The notes below the pieces were generated by a model, which searched no databases, was not told where the DNA came from, and worked only from the letters and a program-made list of their open reading frames with translations. A stretch of DNA of 64,000 bases from Verrucomicrobiaceae bacterium (GTDB taxonomy: Bacteria > Verrucomicrobiota > Verrucomicrobiia > Verrucomicrobiales > Akkermansiaceae): the NCBI GenBank assembly GCA_051252135.1, contig JBPOGH010000001.1, forward strand, positions 625,832 to 689,831. The letters run 5' to 3'. Within the stretch, counting starts at the first letter, position 1, and each line of letters starts with the position of its first letter. Below, in pieces: positions 8,773-18,215 of the stretch. The position numbers and the translations under genes are program-made.

Positions 8773-10392
8773 TTACTTGCCTTCGAGCCTCATTGGCTTC
8801 GCGCCCCGGGGAAGAATGTGAGGGGTGATGAAAATCAAGGTGTCGCTGAAAGAGTTCCGATCCGAGCTATTGCGGAACATCCCGCCCAAGCCTGGAAGAT
8901 TCTTGAGGATGGGAATCCCCTCTTCCTGACGGCTTGTGCTTTCAGAGGAAAGTCCGCCGATCACGGTCGTTTGACCGGTGGCCAGATAGAGGGACGTAAT
9001 AGCTGAACGCGTGAGGATCGGAGTTTGAACATTTCCATCAACTACGATCGACCGGGTGTCATCGAATTCGTCCTTGGTGGTGTTGATATCAAGCTTGACC
9101 CAACTCGTGTCAATGACGTGTGGAGTGACCTCCAGCCGCAATGCGGCCTTTTTAAATTCGACCTGGGCGACGGCGGCAACACCACTTCCTGCAGAGGAAG
9201 AGAATGGTCTTTCCTCACCGCTTTCAATGGTCGCCGTCAACTGATCAAGTGTTGTAATCGAGGGTCGGGAGACGATGTTGAGTCGACCGTCTTTTTGAAG
9301 AGCGGAAAGTTGGGCTTGGAGGAGTTGAGTTCCCCGGATGCGACTTGCCCCGTAGAGGAAACCACTCCCATCGGGAGAAAACCCGGCAGGAAAGTTGGAA
9401 TTGAAACCGTTCCCGTTGGGCGTGATGCCTGTGGTAATTTCTCCGTTGCTGGATACATCGAAGACTCCCCACTGGACGCCGAGCTGACGGGCGACTTCGT
9501 TGCTCGCTTGCACAATGCTGGCTTCGATCAGAATTTGATAAGCCGGTTGGTCCAACCCCTGAATCAGCCTGCGCGCTTGGGCGATATCGGAAGGGACACC
9601 ATGGATGATCACTTGGCCGGTGTCTTTGGCCGCTTTGATCGTAAAGCGAGGAGCTTCATCTTCATCAACGCCCGGCTCGGCCGATGGATTCTGGTCTGCG
9701 ACGACGGCAAGCATCGTTGCACTGACCGATGCAGCCAGATTATCGATATCCGCATAGTGGATACGGATCATTTCGACAACCATCGGCTCGGAACGCTTCC
9801 TCTTCTCAGCCACTTGAAGCTGCTCGTGCAGCGCTTGCTCCATCGCAATTTTACCTTGGATATCTTGAACCGAGAAGAGACTAAGGAGATCGTCTTTGAA
9901 ATTATAGTGGATTCCACGCGCTTCGGTAATGGCCAAAAAGAGGTGATCCCATCGGGTCTCGTGCCGCAGGCTCACATGAACCGGGCCCTTGACGTTATTG
10001 CTAATGATCACATTCAAATCAGCGGCGTCAGCGAGGGTGCGCAAAAGGACTCCAACATCCATCTCACGGCTGAGTTCCATATTCTTAATCGAAATCTGGG
10101 GAAGCGGATCCGGCTGTGATGATTCGTGAATGGCTATTGCTTCTCCGTGAAAATCACGCATCGAGGAAAAGTCCGGGGCAGGCGGCGCAGTCATGACCGA
10201 GTCCGCAGCTGCTTGCTTCCATGCCCTGTAGGTAGGATCATCACCTGCTGCATCCGTCGATTCGTCCAACGGGAAGCTGCAGCCACCGATCATGATACTG
10301 GCCCCAAGCACCATGCACAGCTTACAAACAAGTTTGTGAGGCGCGTAGCGATTAAATTGCTGATCAGGAATATTTGTCCTTGGTTGTTTCAT
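8773..10392 (-). CDS. pilQ: Outer-membrane secretin (PilQ/MshL-like), predicted lipoprotein
   Basis: LDQPAYQILIEASIV, LGVQW, LEVTPHV, GQTTVIGGL, GIPILKNLPGLGGMFR, LIFITPHI; lipobox-like IGGC. Confidence 0.88.
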   Translation of the reverse strand: MKQPRTNIPDQQFNRYAPHKLVCKLCMVLGASIMIGGCSFPLDESTDAAGDDPTYRAWKQAAADSVMTAPPAPDFSSMRDFHGEAIAIHESSQPDPLPQISIKNMELSREMDVGVLLRTLADAADLNVIISNNVKGPVHVSLRHETRWDHLFLAITEARGIHYNFKDDLLSLFSVQDIQGKIAMEQALHEQLQVAEKRKRSEPMVVEMIRIHYADIDNLAASVSATMLAVVADQNPSAEPGVDEDEAPRFTIKAAKDTGQVIIHGVPSDIAQARRLIQGLDQPAYQILIEASIVQASNEVARQLGVQWGVFDVSSNGEITTGITPNGNGFNSNFPAGFSPDGSGFLYGASRIRGTQLLQAQLSALQKDGRLNIVSRPSITTLDQLTATIESGEERPFSSSAGSGVAAVAQVEFKKAALRLEVTPHVIDTSWVKLDINTTKDEFDDTRSIVVDGNVQTPILTRSAITSLYLATGQTTVIGGLSSESTSRQEEGIPILKNLPGLGGMFRNSSDRNSFSDTLIFITPHILPRGAKPMRLEGK

Positions 10393-10919
10393 TGCGTTTC
10401 TCCTTTGCTCTGCTGTTTCCCGGTAAGTTGCGGTTTCTCAAGTGGCACATTGACCGGGTCTGTTGCTCCACGGCGAAGCAGTTCAATATGGTCAGAGTGA
10501 ATTTGAGACACCTGAAATTCTCCCCCTTCGATCATTTCGCCAGCCCGGTAGTCTTGGCCGTCAATAATCGCGATCACCTTGCCTCCTATATTGAGGTAAC
10601 CAACGTACTCGGGGAGGGGCACGACAAACTCAGCGAGGGGCGCTGAAAGGTCTTTCTGCTCTTCCAGTACGAGTGGCCGATCACGAAGTGGATTCCGGAC
10701 CCATTCTGTCGTGGCGGCCGCCAGAACACGCTTTTCACGATTCGTTGACTCCCCCTCTTTGAGATTTTGCTGCACCTTGGCAACCAAGGCGGGAAAATCG
10801 ATAGGCGTCCGCGTGGACGCAGCCGCTGGCGGACTCAACAAGGCGGGTGCATAGACAATCACTGCGCCAATTGCAGAGACTCCCACGAGGCCGAGTAGTA
10901 TTTTTTCCCGGAGTATCAT
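10389..10919 (-). CDS. Pilus assembly protein, PilP/MshK position
   Basis: N-terminal TM segment, WVRNP and AIIDGQDYRAGE beta domain; lies between the PilO-like gene and the secretin with ATGA overlaps. Confidence 0.6.
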   Translation of the reverse strand: MILREKILLGLVGVSAIGAVIVYAPALLSPPAAASTRTPIDFPALVAKVQQNLKEGESTNREKRVLAAATTEWVRNPLRDRPLVLEEQKDLSAPLAEFVVPLPEYVGYLNIGGKVIAIIDGQDYRAGEMIEGGEFQVSQIHSDHIELLRRGATDPVNVPLEKPQLTGKQQSKGETQ

Positions 10920-11449
10920 TGGATGGCTAGCCAGATTGAAAGGTTCATCTCGTGCCCCATATCGGTCACGTCGATTGCCAGGGACTCGATGGAATCAACG
11001 GATGTCATCTCATTGAGTCGATTGAGAAGCTTGTTGAACTTGGGAAACTCCCCACGCATGCGCGCATCGACCCTCAACATTTCACGACCACCCTGGAGAG
11101 ATCGGACCTGAGGCGTCACCGAGACGAGATCGACATTGGACTCACGCGCCAATGTTTCAAATACGTCCGGCAACTCGGCCAGATCCTCGACCTTGAGCGG
11201 CTGAAGTTCGTTGACAGAAATTCCCTCGGGGAACGGTTCCTGCTTGCGCCGCTGCAGGGGAACGTAAATTGGAATAAAGGCTTTTTGGTCCTTAATGTCA
11301 GCTTGCAGCTCTACGATGGAGGCCCGTGTCCTGGCGATACCTTGGGTGGTGGGGAGCACACCAAACGAAACAATCCCCAGCAATCCCATTGTCAGGATCG
11401 CTGGAAGTGCCAGCTTCCCTCCGGTTGATGTCCTTACGTATCGTCCCAT
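10916..11449 (-). CDS. PilO/MshJ-like pilus alignment protein
   Basis: Single TM, coiled coil, then LARESNVDLVSVTP...MRGEFPKFNKLLNRL pattern; syntenic position. Confidence 0.7.
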   Translation of the reverse strand: MGRYVRTSTGGKLALPAILTMGLLGIVSFGVLPTTQGIARTRASIVELQADIKDQKAFIPIYVPLQRRKQEPFPEGISVNELQPLKVEDLAELPDVFETLARESNVDLVSVTPQVRSLQGGREMLRVDARMRGEFPKFNKLLNRLNEMTSVDSIESLAIDVTDMGHEMNLSIWLAIQ

Positions 11450-11454
11450 TGTCT

Positions 11455-13227
11455 TTATTTCTTTGTGATGACCTCGATCTCCGCAATGGTTTCCACGTTC
11501 AAGGTAAAGATGAGATGCAGCTCGCCCGAACTTTGAACGACTTCTGTCGAGGCAACCTCGACCTTATTAAACAGATGCGACTGGTCCAAGCGTGCAATAT
11601 AGATGGTAAGAGATGTCTCCAGCGAAGTGCGCACTCCCGTGACAACTCCTTTCAAAAGCAGAGTCCCCTTCCGATCCGCTACCGTTTTATCGGAACCACT
11701 CTTGGCACTCTTTGCTGAGGAATCCAAAAACGTGATGGTGCTGCCCATCGCCGCGGAAATATGCAGCAGCGATATATTCTCAGGGGTAAGTCTTGTGATT
11801 TCCGAAAGCAACGCAAGCCCCTCGTATCGGTTGGTCGCCGCCCTCCGCTGCTCTTCGAGCAATCGCACCTCCTCGTTGGCTTCCGTAATGATGGCCTCGG
11901 TCAGTCGGGGTCCTAAGTCATTGAGACTCTCCTCAAGCTCCTCCCGATCGGCTACCAAACCGCGCAACTCCAAACGTTGAGTGTTATAAAATAAAGCGGC
12001 CAACAATGCCAGCAATATCAGGAGCACGGAAGCCACCATTGCGAGCTTATTTTGCCTGCCCTCGTTCTGACGATCCTTATAGGTATGGGCGAGATTGATT
12101 CCAATCTGACTTCCCTCGAGCGCCAAACCGAAAGCCGGGCCAAAGGCAATCCGATCTACTTTATCACCCGGAAGGGAGGACTTCGCTTGCAACTCCGGCG
12201 TGTCAAAAGGATCGAGCGCAACCACCTTGGGCAAGAGTTTCTCGGAGATAAAATCAAACAACTTCCCTCTCGCCCCAATCTCTCCACCAAGGAAAATCGT
12301 CTCCATTGGCTCAGTGTCGAAATTACTTTGGTAATACTCGATCGTTCGCTCGATTTGCCGGACAGTGCGCTCCAGAACCGGACGAAGCAAAGTGAAAGCC
12401 TTCTCATGCTCTCCGCGCTCATCCGGGGTAAACGGCGCCTCGTCACGACCGAGATTAAGAATAATGTTACAAGCCTCTTTCTGGTTCAGTGTCGAATCAG
12501 GTTCCTTGACAATCGACTCCGCGAGACTTTCGAGTCCCAACGGAATATTTCGCGTGAAAACAAGTCGCCCTTCGAGGAGAACGCTCACACTTGTGGAGAG
12601 CTGTCCCATCTGGCAGAGCAATTTCGGTGCCGTCCCGCCCCCTTCCCCACGAAGCTTAACGAGATTGCGCAAAGCCAAGAGAGGCAGCCCGATTCCGGTC
12701 AATGGATAACCCGCTTCAGAAAACGCCTTCTGGATATCCTCGACACATTCCCGGTCAACGAGCGCACCGGTGATGTTCAGAATAGCATCGGATTCTTCTC
12801 CCTCCTCAATCTGAAAATCTACTACCGTCTCATTCTCGAGAAATGAGTCTTCGCGTTGAAGCTTCCAAAACACCGCCCCCGAAAGCTGGGCCGGACTCAC
12901 TCTCGGGATTTTAAGGTGATGAAGGCGAGCTCGATCCAGCTTGGGAGCAGCCCAGATCGCAAACTCCTTCAACGAACCGCAAAACTCTTTCAATGCCGCC
13001 TTTAAGATCGAAGAAAACGCGGAGGTTCCCGGCGTTAAATTCGGATCGAACTCGAATGCCCGACATTTCTCGAAAAACACTTCCCCGTCAGCGAGCATTT
13101 TCAGCTGTACCATATAGATGGTATTATGTCCGATCTCGACCCCCACAGTCGTGTTTGGACGCGCGAAGCGCCTGGAGGTTTTCGCCGAATTTCGTTTTGA
13201 AATAGCCGGGCTACTGGGTTCAGTCAT
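11455..13227 (-). CDS. PilM-PilN fusion protein
   Basis: Actin-like VGVEIG, RTIEYYQ and IFLGG motifs (PilM), then the PilN-type INL motif, TM helix, coiled coil and LLSEITRLTPENISL domain. Confidence 0.8.
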   Translation of the reverse strand: MTEPSSPAISKRNSAKTSRRFARPNTTVGVEIGHNTIYMVQLKMLADGEVFFEKCRAFEFDPNLTPGTSAFSSILKAALKEFCGSLKEFAIWAAPKLDRARLHHLKIPRVSPAQLSGAVFWKLQREDSFLENETVVDFQIEEGEESDAILNITGALVDRECVEDIQKAFSEAGYPLTGIGLPLLALRNLVKLRGEGGGTAPKLLCQMGQLSTSVSVLLEGRLVFTRNIPLGLESLAESIVKEPDSTLNQKEACNIILNLGRDEAPFTPDERGEHEKAFTLLRPVLERTVRQIERTIEYYQSNFDTEPMETIFLGGEIGARGKLFDFISEKLLPKVVALDPFDTPELQAKSSLPGDKVDRIAFGPAFGLALEGSQIGINLAHTYKDRQNEGRQNKLAMVASVLLILLALLAALFYNTQRLELRGLVADREELEESLNDLGPRLTEAIITEANEEVRLLEEQRRAATNRYEGLALLSEITRLTPENISLLHISAAMGSTITFLDSSAKSAKSGSDKTVADRKGTLLLKGVVTGVRTSLETSLTIYIARLDQSHLFNKVEVASTEVVQSSGELHLIFTLNVETIAEIEVITKK

Positions 13228-13299
13228 TCTGGGTGTTTAGACGTAATTACCTGATGGAGACGAGATTGCAAAGGGAATTCCTTCTGGAGCAACGCTCCT

Positions 13300-13460
13300 G
13301 AAACCGCCATTGAATTGAGTTACCTATAATTAAAGATGCCATCACCGCTCTTTATGAAGATTATTTAAAATAACCGTTAATATTACTCACTTTTTTTAGT
13401 TTTTAATAAAAACCCCATAACCTACAGGTAGATTAATCCAAAAATCTAATCATTCCGAAA
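13300..13460. promoter_or_regulatory. AT-rich divergent promoter region between the pilus operon and the sulfatase
   Basis: Markedly AT-rich non-coding stretch between divergent genes; no individual promoter elements assigned. Confidence 0.45.
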
Positions 13461-13670
13461 ATAGCCCCCATCGATTCGTCCTCATCAACCTTGCTTGCCA
13501 CAATCCCGAACAGCTGCAGCATTCGCGCACTGCTCGGAAAATCCTGCGAGATAGGGTGAAATCTCCCCCTCTCCTATGACCTCTTGCTCGAACGGCTGTT
13601 TAACTCCGTTTTTGGGAGTGATTCCCCCCTCCTCAAGATGCACCATCCAAGAAACCACCGAACCGACCTC

Positions 13671-15254
13671 ATGATTAAAGAAGCCCTCACCATTTTCTCG
13701 GCCTTGACCTTCGGCTGTTCAGCCGCCGATCACCCTAACATCATTTTCATGTTCTCGGACGATCACGCCGAGCACGCCATTTCCGCTTACGGCTCCAAGG
13801 TAAACCAAACCCCTCACCTCGACCGCCTCGCCTCCGATGGCGCCCGCTTCACCAACTCCTTCGTAACCAACTCCATCTGCACTCCCAGCCGCGCCACCCT
13901 CCTCACCGGTCAATACTCCCACCTCAACGGAGTCCCGGTATTCAATCAATTCGACCCCTCACGTGACACCGTCGCCAAGCACATGCAACAAGGCGGTTAC
14001 CACACCGGCATGATCGGAAAATGGCACCTCGGCAGCGACCCCGTCGGCTTCGACCGCTGGATCGTTCTCCCGGGACAAGGCGCCTACTGGAACCCCACCT
14101 TCCTCACAAAAGCCCAAAAATTTACCATCGAGGGCCACTGCACCGACATCACCGGCGACCTCGGAGTCGAATTCCTCAAGACCCGCCCCAAGGACAAACC
14201 ATTCTTCCTCATGCTCCACCAAAAAGCCCCCCACCGGGCTTGGGAGCCGGACGAGCGCAATAGAGCTCTCTTCAAAGACCGCATCATCCCTGAGCCCGAC
14301 ACCCTCTTCGATGACTACGCCACCCGCCCCGCAGCCCTCCCTGAGAACCAACAGACCGTCGCCAAAGACCTCACTCGCCGCGATCTCAAACTCATCCCAC
14401 CAGCCGATCTCAAAGGTCCTGAACTTCGCAAATGGCTCGGCGTAAAGCCCACCGAGCTCGTCATCAACGGCGATACCCTTACCGGCAAAGAACTCATCAA
14501 ATGGAAATACCAGAAATACATGCGCGACTACCTCGCCTGCGTGCAGGGCGTCGATGACAACGTCGGCAAAGTCCTCGACTACCTCGAGCAATCCGGCCTC
14601 TCAGAAAACACCATCGTCATCTACTCCTCCGATAACGGCTGGTTCCTCGGTGACCAGGGACTCTACGACAAACGCTTCATGTATGAGCCCGGCCTCCACG
14701 TCCCCCTCCTCGCCCGCGGACCCGGCATCAGCAAAGGAATCACCCCCGACCAGTTCGTCGGAAACATCGACCTCGCCCCCACTTTCCTCGATTTTGCCGG
14801 GCTCCCCGTCCCCTCCTTCATGCAAGGCCGTAGCCTCGCGCCCCTCCTCCGTGGTGAATCCCCCGCCGGCTGGCGCCAGACCTTCTACTACCGCTACTAC
14901 CACAGCCCCGGACATCACAACACCGTTGCCCACCTCGGCGTCCGCACCAAAACCCACAAGCTCATCCACTACTGGGATCGCGATGCCTATGAACTCTTCG
15001 ACCTCATCAATGACCCGAATGAGCAAACCAACCTCCTCTTCTCGGATGCCACTTCCCAGAAACCCGAGGTCAAAAAACTCTTCCGCGAACTGAAAGCGGA
15101 AATCGTCCGACTCCAAAAAGAGTTCAAAGACGACGGCCAATATGCCCACCCCGCCGACTGGCCCAAGAACTCCTCCGACCGACCCGCGCAGCGCAAGGCC
15201 ATCGGAAAAATCAAGGTCGCCGACGCCATCAGGCTGGTCTCACAAAAGAACTAA
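13671..15254 (+). CDS. Formylglycine-dependent sulfatase (GlcNAc-6-sulfatase-like)
   Basis: PNIIFMFSDDH, CTPSRATLLTG (CxPxR), GKWHL, KAPHR, SSDNG, DKRFMYE. Signal peptide from ATG 13671. Substrate is inference. Confidence 0.9.
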   Translation: MIKEALTIFSALTFGCSAADHPNIIFMFSDDHAEHAISAYGSKVNQTPHLDRLASDGARFTNSFVTNSICTPSRATLLTGQYSHLNGVPVFNQFDPSRDTVAKHMQQGGYHTGMIGKWHLGSDPVGFDRWIVLPGQGAYWNPTFLTKAQKFTIEGHCTDITGDLGVEFLKTRPKDKPFFLMLHQKAPHRAWEPDERNRALFKDRIIPEPDTLFDDYATRPAALPENQQTVAKDLTRRDLKLIPPADLKGPELRKWLGVKPTELVINGDTLTGKELIKWKYQKYMRDYLACVQGVDDNVGKVLDYLEQSGLSENTIVIYSSDNGWFLGDQGLYDKRFMYEPGLHVPLLARGPGISKGITPDQFVGNIDLAPTFLDFAGLPVPSFMQGRSLAPLLRGESPAGWRQTFYYRYYHSPGHHNTVAHLGVRTKTHKLIHYWDRDAYELFDLINDPNEQTNLLFSDATSQKPEVKKLFRELKAEIVRLQKEFKDDGQYAHPADWPKNSSDRPAQRKAIGKIKVADAIRLVSQKN

Positions 15255-17017
15255 CGCTTCCGCAAGTTCAACAGCCGAATATCCGCCACCATCTTCCCGG
15301 GAATCTCAAGGGCGCGCAGCGAAAGCCTGCCCTGCCCTTTCTCGAGTCGGATCGTCCCCATATTCAAGACCCGAAAATCCTTCACCAGCGATTCCGTCCG
15401 TGGCGACCGATCCTGCTCCGCCCCTATCAATGGCGGATCATGCGCCACCTCGATTGACGAAACAACCTTCGCCCCGTTCAGATCATAGCTCAATTCTATC
15501 TTCGAACCCACATCAGCAGCCGGACACGTATAATGAAGCTCCACTTCATAGTCCCCTCCTGTCGCCACCTCCACATCCCAAAAAATCCGATCCTCCGGCT
15601 TCGTCCAGTTCAGAAAAAACGAACAGTTCGGGTGAATCGATGATCTCTTCACCTCACCCGAACTCTTCCCATCGCGGCTCGGCAACTGGTTGTCGATCCC
15701 ACCGGGATACCCCACCAAAAATGGACGCAGCTCCTTCCGCTCGCCCCGATTCGGCAAGGTCGCGCGCCAAGCACCCAACTCCTCCGTGAGCGACTTGGCA
15801 ACCTCCGGCAATTCCTTCGCCAAATCCTTCCGCTGCCCGGGATCAGCTTTCATATCGAAAATCTCTCCCCGATCAGAAAGCCGATACCGCTCCGTCCTCA
15901 GCGAGAAACGATTCGCCCACGTCGAAAAGATTGTCCGCTCCGGCCAATCCACATCCACTCCGGTTAGAAGTGGCTTCAGACTCACCCCGTCGATCGGGTT
16001 CGGCTCATCCCGTTGAATCCCCGTCAACTCCGCCAAGGTCGGGAAAATATCAATCGCCGCCCCCATCTCCCCAACCCGGCGTCCCGCAGGAATCTGCCCC
16101 GGCCAACGAATCAAAAATGGCACCCGCAGCCCCCCTTCGTCATTTGTCCCCTTCTTCCCCTTCATCCCCCCGTTCCAGCGATTCCCATTCGGCCCGTTGT
16201 CCGAAAAGTAGATCACGATCGTATCCTTCTCCAGCTTCAGATCCTCCAACTGCTTGAGCACCCGCCCCACGTTCCAGTCAATATTCTCCACCATCGCCAG
16301 AGCCGCCCGCTTATGTGCCTGATCCTCCTTTTTCGGCTCGCGATGAATCATCTTGAGTTCTTTCCCCTTAAAACGATCCCAGAATTCATCCGGAACCTGC
16401 ATCGGCGAATGCGGCGTGCAATACGGCAGATAAGCGAGGAACGGCTTTCCTCCCTCTGCCTGCTCCTTGATGAAACCCATCGCCTTCGTCGTGAGATCAT
16501 CCGTCAGGTAACCATCCCCCTTCACCACCCGCCCGTTGTGATCAAGCGACGGGCTGAAATAGTGACCCCAGTGACCCGAAGTGAATCCGTAGAACTCGTC
16601 ATACCCCCGCGTGTTCGGATGATTGGGATACTGCGTTCCGTTGTGCCATTTGCCGAAAGCTCCCGTCGCATACCCCGCCTTCTTGAAAGCCTCCCCCAAG
16701 GTAAACTCATCAATGTTCAGCCGCTCCCTCCCAGTTGACACCCCGCTCACTCCCGTCCTCGGATGATACCTTCCCGTAAAAAACTCCGCCCGTGTCGGCG
16801 CACACACCGCACACACAAAAAAGCGATCAAACTGCGCTCCATCCTTCGCCAGCGAATCAATGTGCGGCGTATTCAAATCCACATTCCCATGAAGAGACAA
16901 GTCTCCCCACCCTTGATCGTCCGCCAAAAAAATCACCACATTGGGATGCTTCCCGAAGGCAGCGGAAACACCCACCGCCAACACCCCGAACAATCGAATC
17001 AAGCTTCTCTTCATCAT
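15251..17017 (-). CDS. Arylsulfatase family protein with C-terminal beta-sandwich extension
   Basis: PNVVIFLADDQGWGD, CAPTRA, GKWHNG, SDNGP, GKKG, EGGLRVP; signal peptide from MMKRS at 17017. Confidence 0.9.
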   Translation of the reverse strand: MMKRSLIRLFGVLAVGVSAAFGKHPNVVIFLADDQGWGDLSLHGNVDLNTPHIDSLAKDGAQFDRFFVCAVCAPTRAEFFTGRYHPRTGVSGVSTGRERLNIDEFTLGEAFKKAGYATGAFGKWHNGTQYPNHPNTRGYDEFYGFTSGHWGHYFSPSLDHNGRVVKGDGYLTDDLTTKAMGFIKEQAEGGKPFLAYLPYCTPHSPMQVPDEFWDRFKGKELKMIHREPKKEDQAHKRAALAMVENIDWNVGRVLKQLEDLKLEKDTIVIYFSDNGPNGNRWNGGMKGKKGTNDEGGLRVPFLIRWPGQIPAGRRVGEMGAAIDIFPTLAELTGIQRDEPNPIDGVSLKPLLTGVDVDWPERTIFSTWANRFSLRTERYRLSDRGEIFDMKADPGQRKDLAKELPEVAKSLTEELGAWRATLPNRGERKELRPFLVGYPGGIDNQLPSRDGKSSGEVKRSSIHPNCSFFLNWTKPEDRIFWDVEVATGGDYEVELHYTCPAADVGSKIELSYDLNGAKVVSSIEVAHDPPLIGAEQDRSPRTESLVKDFRVLNMGTIRLEKGQGRLSLRALEIPGKMVADIRLLNLRKR

Positions 17018-17030
17018 CAAAAAAATCACC

Positions 17031-18206
17031 TTATCGGCTCTTAAAAACATAAACCCCTTTCTTGTTTCCCACCCCAAGGTCCGTCTTCCCGTCCCCATTC
17101 ACATCCGCCGCCGCAAGCTGCGTCCCCGCCCCCGAATCGGAATCCACCAGATGCGGCACAAACTCCGCCTTCCCGTCCTTCCGCCTCAGCTCATACCAAT
17201 AAAGCACCGCCGCTCCGCCCGCATCAGGATCGTTCCCATTGTGCGCAAAATACCGCTTCCCCGTCGCAAAATCAGTCAGCCCATCACCATTAAAATCACC
17301 CGCCACCAGTGAGTGCGCCTGCGTAAACACCACCCCGCCAACTCCAGCTGACTTGTCCTCCGGAATCAGCACGTGCCGCGTAAACTTCAGCCCGTCATTC
17401 TCAAACCACGCCAAGCCCCAGGCATGCCCCGCCAGGCTCGTCACCACATCCTGATCCCCGTCACCATCCACATCGTAAACCAGCATCTGCGCTCCTCCGT
17501 TCACCGAGAAGAGATACGGATGAAACGTCCACTTTTTCCCGCTCATCGGATTCTCCGGCCCCTCATACCAGCCTCCCTTTTCCAAAACATCCACCCGCCC
17601 GTCCCCATTCAAATCACCAAAGCCCAAGCCGTGATAATAAGGCGACTTCGCCCGTTCCTTAGAGATCGCATGAAACACCCAAGGGTTCTCCGGCGCACTC
17701 CAATCAGGCTGAAAAAAGCCAAACTTCCCCTCCTGCATCGCCACCAATTCTTCCTTCCCGTCACCCGTCACATCCGCCAACTCCGGCGACTCATTCCCCA
17801 TCTTCGTCACCACCCGATACCGGGGCCATTCCTCCGACCTCTCTTTGGGCTGCAGATAAAGATCGAGGTGAAAATTCCCATCATGGGACACCTGAAACAC
17901 ATCCGCCCGCCCATCCCCGTTCATATCCCGCACCCAACTCTGAAACGAATTGTGCGCATACCCCTTCGCCGGCACCGCCTCCCCGGCCCGATACCGATGA
18001 CTCACCTTGAAATCCGGCCCCGCCCACCAAAGCGGCCCTGCCAACAAATCAATCTGCCCATCTCCATCCACGTCCCCAAATGACGCACCCTCCGTGTAAA
18101 CTCCCTCACTTAAGACAATACGTTCATAGCTCGACCCCGCATCCTCCCGGGCCGCCACCACCACCAGAACAAGCCCCAGCGGACCGAATAGATTGATTGC
18201 TTTCAT
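17031..18206 (-). CDS. FG-GAP/VCBS repeat secreted protein
   Basis: Repeated DxxGDGxxD motifs (DVDGDGQID, DMNGDGRAD, DLNGDGRVD, DFNGDGLTD, DVNGDGKTD). Confidence 0.88.
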   Translation of the reverse strand: MKAINLFGPLGLVLVVVAAREDAGSSYERIVLSEGVYTEGASFGDVDGDGQIDLLAGPLWWAGPDFKVSHRYRAGEAVPAKGYAHNSFQSWVRDMNGDGRADVFQVSHDGNFHLDLYLQPKERSEEWPRYRVVTKMGNESPELADVTGDGKEELVAMQEGKFGFFQPDWSAPENPWVFHAISKERAKSPYYHGLGFGDLNGDGRVDVLEKGGWYEGPENPMSGKKWTFHPYLFSVNGGAQMLVYDVDGDGDQDVVTSLAGHAWGLAWFENDGLKFTRHVLIPEDKSAGVGGVVFTQAHSLVAGDFNGDGLTDFATGKRYFAHNGNDPDAGGAAVLYWYELRRKDGKAEFVPHLVDSDSGAGTQLAAADVNGDGKTDLGVGNKKGVYVFKSR

Positions 18207-18215
18207 ATCATTAAA

